From a cyanobacterium endosymbiont of Rhopalodia gibba (GTDB lineage Bacteria > Cyanobacteriota > Cyanobacteriia > Cyanobacteriales > Microcystaceae), in NCBI GenBank assembly GCA_045159875.1, contig CP067995.1, positions 1,056,001 through 1,120,000 of the forward strand: a stretch of 64,000 bases of DNA, written 5' to 3'. Within the stretch, counting starts at the first letter, position 1, and every line of letters begins with the position of its first letter. The notes beneath the pieces were generated by a model. The model was not told the origin of the DNA, did no database searches, and worked only from the letters and a program-made list of their open reading frames with translations. The position numbers and the translations under genes were made by a program. Shown in pieces: positions 59,656-64,000 of this stretch.

Positions 59656-60144
59656 TTAGAGAAAAGTTATCTTAGATAAGACCTGTTTTATTATTTTCTC
59701 TGTAGTTGAACCAATATCGAGAATGATTGCATTGTCTGGTTCTTCTAGGTCTTTAAATTGAGACTTGAGCATCTGACTTTTCATAAAATGTTCTTTTCGT
59801 TTGTCAAGTCTTTCCAAAATTTGCTCAAAACTTCCTTTAAGATAAATCCAAACTAGATCTTGATGATTACCTTGCAATAATTCTCTGTAGGATTTCTTAA
59901 GAGATGAGCAAGCAATAACAGCATTTTTTTCATGTTGTTGTAGATTATTAATTAAGTGACTGAGAGATAGTAACCAGGGCTGGCGATCCTGATCGTTAAG
60001 AGGAATTTTATAACTCATTTTTTGGATATTTTCTGGGGGATGAAAATCATCTGCATCATAAAAATGATAATCTAAATGACAGCTGAGTTGTTTTCCTATA
60101 GTTGTTTTCCCCGAACCTGATACACCCATTATGATATAAATCAT
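59656..60144 (-). CDS. gntK: Gluconokinase (GntK/IdnK type)
   Basis: MGVSGSGKTT, DADDFHPPENI, PLNDQDRQPWL, ACSSLKKSYR, HFM...SQF..LEEP. Confidence 0.92.
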   Translation of the reverse strand: MIYIIMGVSGSGKTTIGKQLSCHLDYHFYDADDFHPPENIQKMSYKIPLNDQDRQPWLLSLSHLINNLQQHEKNAVIACSSLKKSYRELLQGNHQDLVWIYLKGSFEQILERLDKRKEHFMKSQMLKSQFKDLEEPDNAIILDIGSTTEKIIKQVLSKITFL

Positions 60145-60859
60145 ATCATTTGTTTAATAAAGAAAGTTAACATATATTAGTCAAGCTATGATTTTAAATT
60201 TAAATGATTTTAATCTAAAAATTTACTGAGGTTAGTTTTTATATTCCTAGTATTTAACTGAATTTTTATCACGCTTTAATAATTATCCCTATTATCTTAT
60301 TCCATAACTTTATATCATTATTCTGGAGTTTACTAAATATTCTATGCTTGATTATTATAATTTGATTTTTTTTAAAAAAAATTAAGGCAAAACAAAATTA
60401 TGGATAATAAAATATTGATTAATTTAGAAAGATTTAATATCGAACTATTAATTATTTAGAAAAATGATATCCATTCAAGGATCTGTGCTTAAATCTTACT
60501 GTTTTATGACAAAAGAAAACCTACTGTAAAAATTACGTTAAAATAATATAGTAATTTAGAAAATGTGTTTAATCTAAATTAGATCTTTTTTTCTAAATCT
60601 TTTGTTAAAAGATTTAGAAAAGCTTTGTCTTGCCGAGCAATCACAGGAAGACCTGAAAGTAACCTTTAGGTATCTTTCTGTATGTCGATAAAGTAGTTGA
60701 ATATACGGTTAACCATCCTAATTGCCTTTTACACTTCATAGAGTTGTCTCCTTGCCAATTTTTTCTAGTGAAATGCTAAACTCTGACCGCAGTTAGTTAA
60801 AAATCTCTGAATTTCTTAAATTAATTTCCATTATTAACCATCTCTTCTAACTAAACTAC

Positions 60860-62134
60860 TTGCAGATGAAATCAACCTTACTTACTCCTAGTAACCATAA
60901 AACCTCGCAGACACAGTTAAGATCGCAGTTGACTCCGGGGGAAACTGACCGAACGAACACGGATTCTGAGAAGAACAGTTCAACAACTATCATCTCCAGT
61001 CATGGAAAGAAGAATCACGATGTACTCCCGGAAAAACTTGCTCACAAGTTACAACAGACTTTAGAACATCATCAAGGAGAATGTCAGATTGTTGTGATTC
61101 AGGATTTTCCTGATCCTGATGCTCTCTCAAGTGCCTGGGCTTATCAACTGATTGCCCAACCCTATGATATTAACTGTGATATCGTCTATGCGGGAACCCT
61201 ATCCCATCAGGAAAATATTGCCTTAGTTAAGTTAACTGGACTACCTGCTAAACGATGGAGTGTTAATACCCTTAAACAACGAGATCTTTCTATTTATCAA
61301 AGTTGCGTGTTAGTGGACAGTCAAGGGAATACCAGTCAACTGATGCCGTTGTTGAAACAAGCTGAAATTCCCATTGCTGTCGCTATTGACCATCATGGCA
61401 AACAAGGAGATATTAGAGCAGAATTTCTTGACTTGCGACCTCAAACTCGCGCTACCGCAACGATTATTACTCAATACCTGCAGGCAGGACTGTTAGACCT
61501 TGATAGCAGTGATAACGTTCATGTGAAGTGTGCAACTGCTTTGATGCATGGCATTCGTTCGGATACTAATAATTTACTCCAAGCTCAAGAACAAGACTTA
61601 TTAGCAGCAGCTTATTTATCTCGTATCTATGACTCCCAGTTACTCAATGCCGTGCTACAATCAGCGCGATCACGGCGAGTGATGGATGTGATCGAGCGGT
61701 CACTGAAAAATCGTTGGACTCAAAACAATGTTTCTATTGCTGGAGTAGGTTATTTACGTTATGAAGATCGAGATGCAATTCCCCAGGCTGCTGATTTTTT
61801 AGTCACAGAAGAAAATATTCATACTGCCGTGGTGTATGGCATTATCCACGATCAAGACAATGATATTGAAGTAGTCATCGGTTCTCTCAGAACCAATAAG
61901 CTTACCCTCGATCCTGATGAATTTCTGAAGGAAGCTTTGGGAAAAGATGGTCAAGGTAGATACTATGGAGGTGGAAGAGAAATGGCTGGTGGGTTTGAAA
62001 TTCCTGTTGGGTTTCTTGCGGGAAGCAACGACAACACTAATTACACTAAACTTAAATGGAAAGTTTTTGATGCCCAAATTAAGCAAAAACTTTTAAAGTT
62101 AGTAAATCCTGAAGATAAAGTGATTCATGCCTAA
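60860..62134 (+). CDS. DHH family phosphoesterase (NrnA-like)
   Basis: QDFPDPDALSS, LVD, IDHH, GIRSDT, GGGREMAGG. Confidence 0.9.
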   Translation: MQMKSTLLTPSNHKTSQTQLRSQLTPGETDRTNTDSEKNSSTTIISSHGKKNHDVLPEKLAHKLQQTLEHHQGECQIVVIQDFPDPDALSSAWAYQLIAQPYDINCDIVYAGTLSHQENIALVKLTGLPAKRWSVNTLKQRDLSIYQSCVLVDSQGNTSQLMPLLKQAEIPIAVAIDHHGKQGDIRAEFLDLRPQTRATATIITQYLQAGLLDLDSSDNVHVKCATALMHGIRSDTNNLLQAQEQDLLAAAYLSRIYDSQLLNAVLQSARSRRVMDVIERSLKNRWTQNNVSIAGVGYLRYEDRDAIPQAADFLVTEENIHTAVVYGIIHDQDNDIEVVIGSLRTNKLTLDPDEFLKEALGKDGQGRYYGGGREMAGGFEIPVGFLAGSNDNTNYTKLKWKVFDAQIKQKLLKLVNPEDKVIHA

Positions 62135-62461
62135 CCCCTCATCGGGTGATCTAGAAGCTACGAGATGACCCCTTTGTCTTGGTCAGACTACCGCTCGCTG
62201 CTAGCCGGAAATAAACGAGCTTTGCCTCAATTATTTACCCATTTCTTATAATTATTTCAAAGTAATCCTAGCTCTAAAAATGATATAACTGGCCATAATC
62301 AAGAGTTCAGATTTTGTACACCTCTAGTGAATCTCATTAGCTATTTCTGAGGTATTCTATGGTAACTAACTCACTATCTATTATTTTATTGGTAAATTGA
62401 TCGCCAGAGTCTTTGCTTCTAAAAGCATAGACATATCTTTATTCTTCTCCACACATCAATT

Positions 62462-63382
62462 ATGACAGAAAAACCTCATCCAGTTTCCCGCAATAATCCT
62501 TATAAATCTAGAAAACCAACGATAAAAACAACAAAATCTTTATTGAGAACAAATATTCACCCTAAGGAGGAGCTAGAGAAAGATGATGAAGCTAATGATC
62601 TAGTTTATGGTCGCCATTCTGTTCTTGCGTCCTTAGAAAGTGGTCGCCAGTTAAATCGAATTTGGATCACGAACAAACTCCATTACGATACTCGTTTTCA
62701 TTCCTTACTCCAAATAGCGAAAGCTAAAGGAACAGTAATTGATGAAGTTAACATTCAGCGCTTAAATCAAATTACTCACGGGGGAAATCATCAAGGAGTA
62801 GCAGCTCAAATTTCTCCTTATAGTTATCAAGATCTAGATGAGTTGATTTCTCAAGCCAAATTTAGTACTACTGAACCAGTAATTGTTATTGCCGATGGCA
62901 TTGCTGATCCTCACAACCTAGGGGCAATCATCCGCACAGCTGAAGGGTTAGGAGCGCAGGGATTAGTTATACCCCAACGACGAGCAGCTGGAGTGACTTC
63001 TACTGTAACTAAAGTAGCCGCAGGGGCATTAGAATTCTTTCCTGTGGCTAGGGTTGTCAATCTCAGTCGAGCTTTAGAAACTTTAAAAGTAGCTGGTTTT
63101 TGGATTTATGGCACTACAGCTAAGGGAGGTAAACTATTACATAGTTTAGAACTTCGAGGCGCGATAGGATTGGTTATAGGCTCGGAGGAAAGTGGATTAA
63201 GTTTATTAACTCAACGCTTTTGCGATCAACTTATCTCCATTCCTTTAGAAGGAAAAACCCCAAATTTAAACGCTTCTGTAGCAGCAGCTATTACCCTTTA
63301 CGAGGTCTATCGTCAACGTTGGTCAGGTAAGCTTTATCTGGAGTCTGGACCAGACTCTAAAGTTACAAAAACTAAATTTTGA
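62462..63382 (+). CDS. rlmB: 23S rRNA Gm2251 methyltransferase
   Basis: [36 protein letters not shown] (SPOUT motifs). Confidence 0.93.
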   Translation: MTEKPHPVSRNNPYKSRKPTIKTTKSLLRTNIHPKEELEKDDEANDLVYGRHSVLASLESGRQLNRIWITNKLHYDTRFHSLLQIAKAKGTVIDEVNIQRLNQITHGGNHQGVAAQISPYSYQDLDELISQAKFSTTEPVIVIADGIADPHNLGAIIRTAEGLGAQGLVIPQRRAAGVTSTVTKVAAGALEFFPVARVVNLSRALETLKVAGFWIYGTTAKGGKLLHSLELRGAIGLVIGSEESGLSLLTQRFCDQLISIPLEGKTPNLNASVAAAITLYEVYRQRWSGKLYLESGPDSKVTKTKF

Positions 63383-63475
63383 CTCATAACTAACACACCA
63401 TAAGGAGTTAATCAAACGCTAAAAATTTTCTTAAAAAGAGAATGTTACAATAGCACTTCAAAAACAGTCTAAATT

Positions 63476-63778
63476 GTGATGAAGGGAATGAGGATAAAAC
63501 AACTTATGCTTAAAATGTTGAATTTTCTCGGACTAGCTTACTGGGTAGAAATTATTACAAAAACTCCCCAATGTACTTACTATTTTGGTCCGTTTTTCTG
63601 GAAAGAATCGGCACGAGCTAGTTGTGGAGGTTATCTCGAAGACTTGCAATCTGAAGGAGCTCAGGAAATTCAAGTTATTGTTAAACGGTGTAGGCCAAGT
63701 AACTTGACGATTTTTAACGAAAAGGAAAGTATACAACAATTTCAAGAGATGTCTCGTTTCAATCATCAGTCCTCCTAA
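63476..63778 (+). CDS. DUF1816 family protein
   Basis: WVEIITKTPQCTYYFGPF...GYLEDLQSEGA...KRCRP..LTI; follows rlmB. Confidence 0.85.
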   Translation: MMKGMRIKQLMLKMLNFLGLAYWVEIITKTPQCTYYFGPFFWKESARASCGGYLEDLQSEGAQEIQVIVKRCRPSNLTIFNEKESIQQFQEMSRFNHQSS

Positions 63779-63819
63779 GTTGCTTTAATTACCTCCTCTA
63801 AAGTAAAGTCTCCTAATTT

Positions 63820-64000
63820 TTAGGGCTCTTGAGGGCTCATTGATTTTTTTAAGTGTTCAGTCAATCGCCTTAAAACTCCATTAATAAAACGATAACCATC
63901 ATCATCAGAATAACGCTTAGCCATTTCTACTGCTTCATTAATGGAGACTTTGCAAGGGATATTGAGAAAAATAATCTCTGCCGCTGCTATTCTTAGAATA
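63820..64000 (-). CDS. nusB: Transcription antitermination factor NusB (3' part only)
   Basis: Manual translation [46 protein letters not shown]...PQEP*. Confidence 0.93.
   Translation of the reverse strand, partial: ILRIAAAEIIFLNIPCKVSINEAVEMAKRYSDDDGYRFINGVLRRLTEHLKKSMSPQEP

Noticed and set aside
62290..62434. Possible antitoxin or mini-RNase III relic upstream of rlmB
   Set aside because: Multiple stops and only vague similarity

Overview
A 64 kb window of a low-GC cyanobacterial chromosome undergoing reductive evolution. About 28 intact genes are present: murD (partial), mutS2, gyrA, gyrB, an ABC-F ATPase, miaA, ctaA-ctaB, hypC, hypF, tldD, hpnH, pyk, an SLH porin, cobB, argS, bioD, prs, fbp-zwf-opcA, gluconokinase, a DHH phosphoesterase, rlmB, nusB (partial) and several conserved hypotheticals. 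They are separated by 1-4.5 kb AT-rich spacers. By manual translation of those spacers I recognise decayed photosynthesis genes (divergent psaI/psaL, a CpcS/CpeS-family phycobiliprotein lyase), an MBL hydrolase, a DUF3368 gene and a likely IS982 relic. Decayed PSI and phycobilisome genes alongside intact hydrogenase maturation, oxidative pentose phosphate, heme A/O and hopanoid genes suggest (inference) a non-photosynthetic N2-fixing endosymbiont such as the spheroid body/diazoplast of rhopalodiacean diatoms. The most interesting unexplained signals are: a 24-codon ORF with a perfect Shine-Dalgarno and its own hairpin between cobB and the porin gene; a Yfr1-type target motif in the porin 5'UTR; three loop-less perfect palindromes of 48-58 bp between fbp and zwf; a 9x18-bp in-frame tandem repeat in gyrA; an intact 58-aa ORF inside a gene desert; and apparent C-to-T erosion of HIP1 sites. 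I saw no rRNA, tRNA or CRISPR array. All family assignments come from motif recognition, not database searches.
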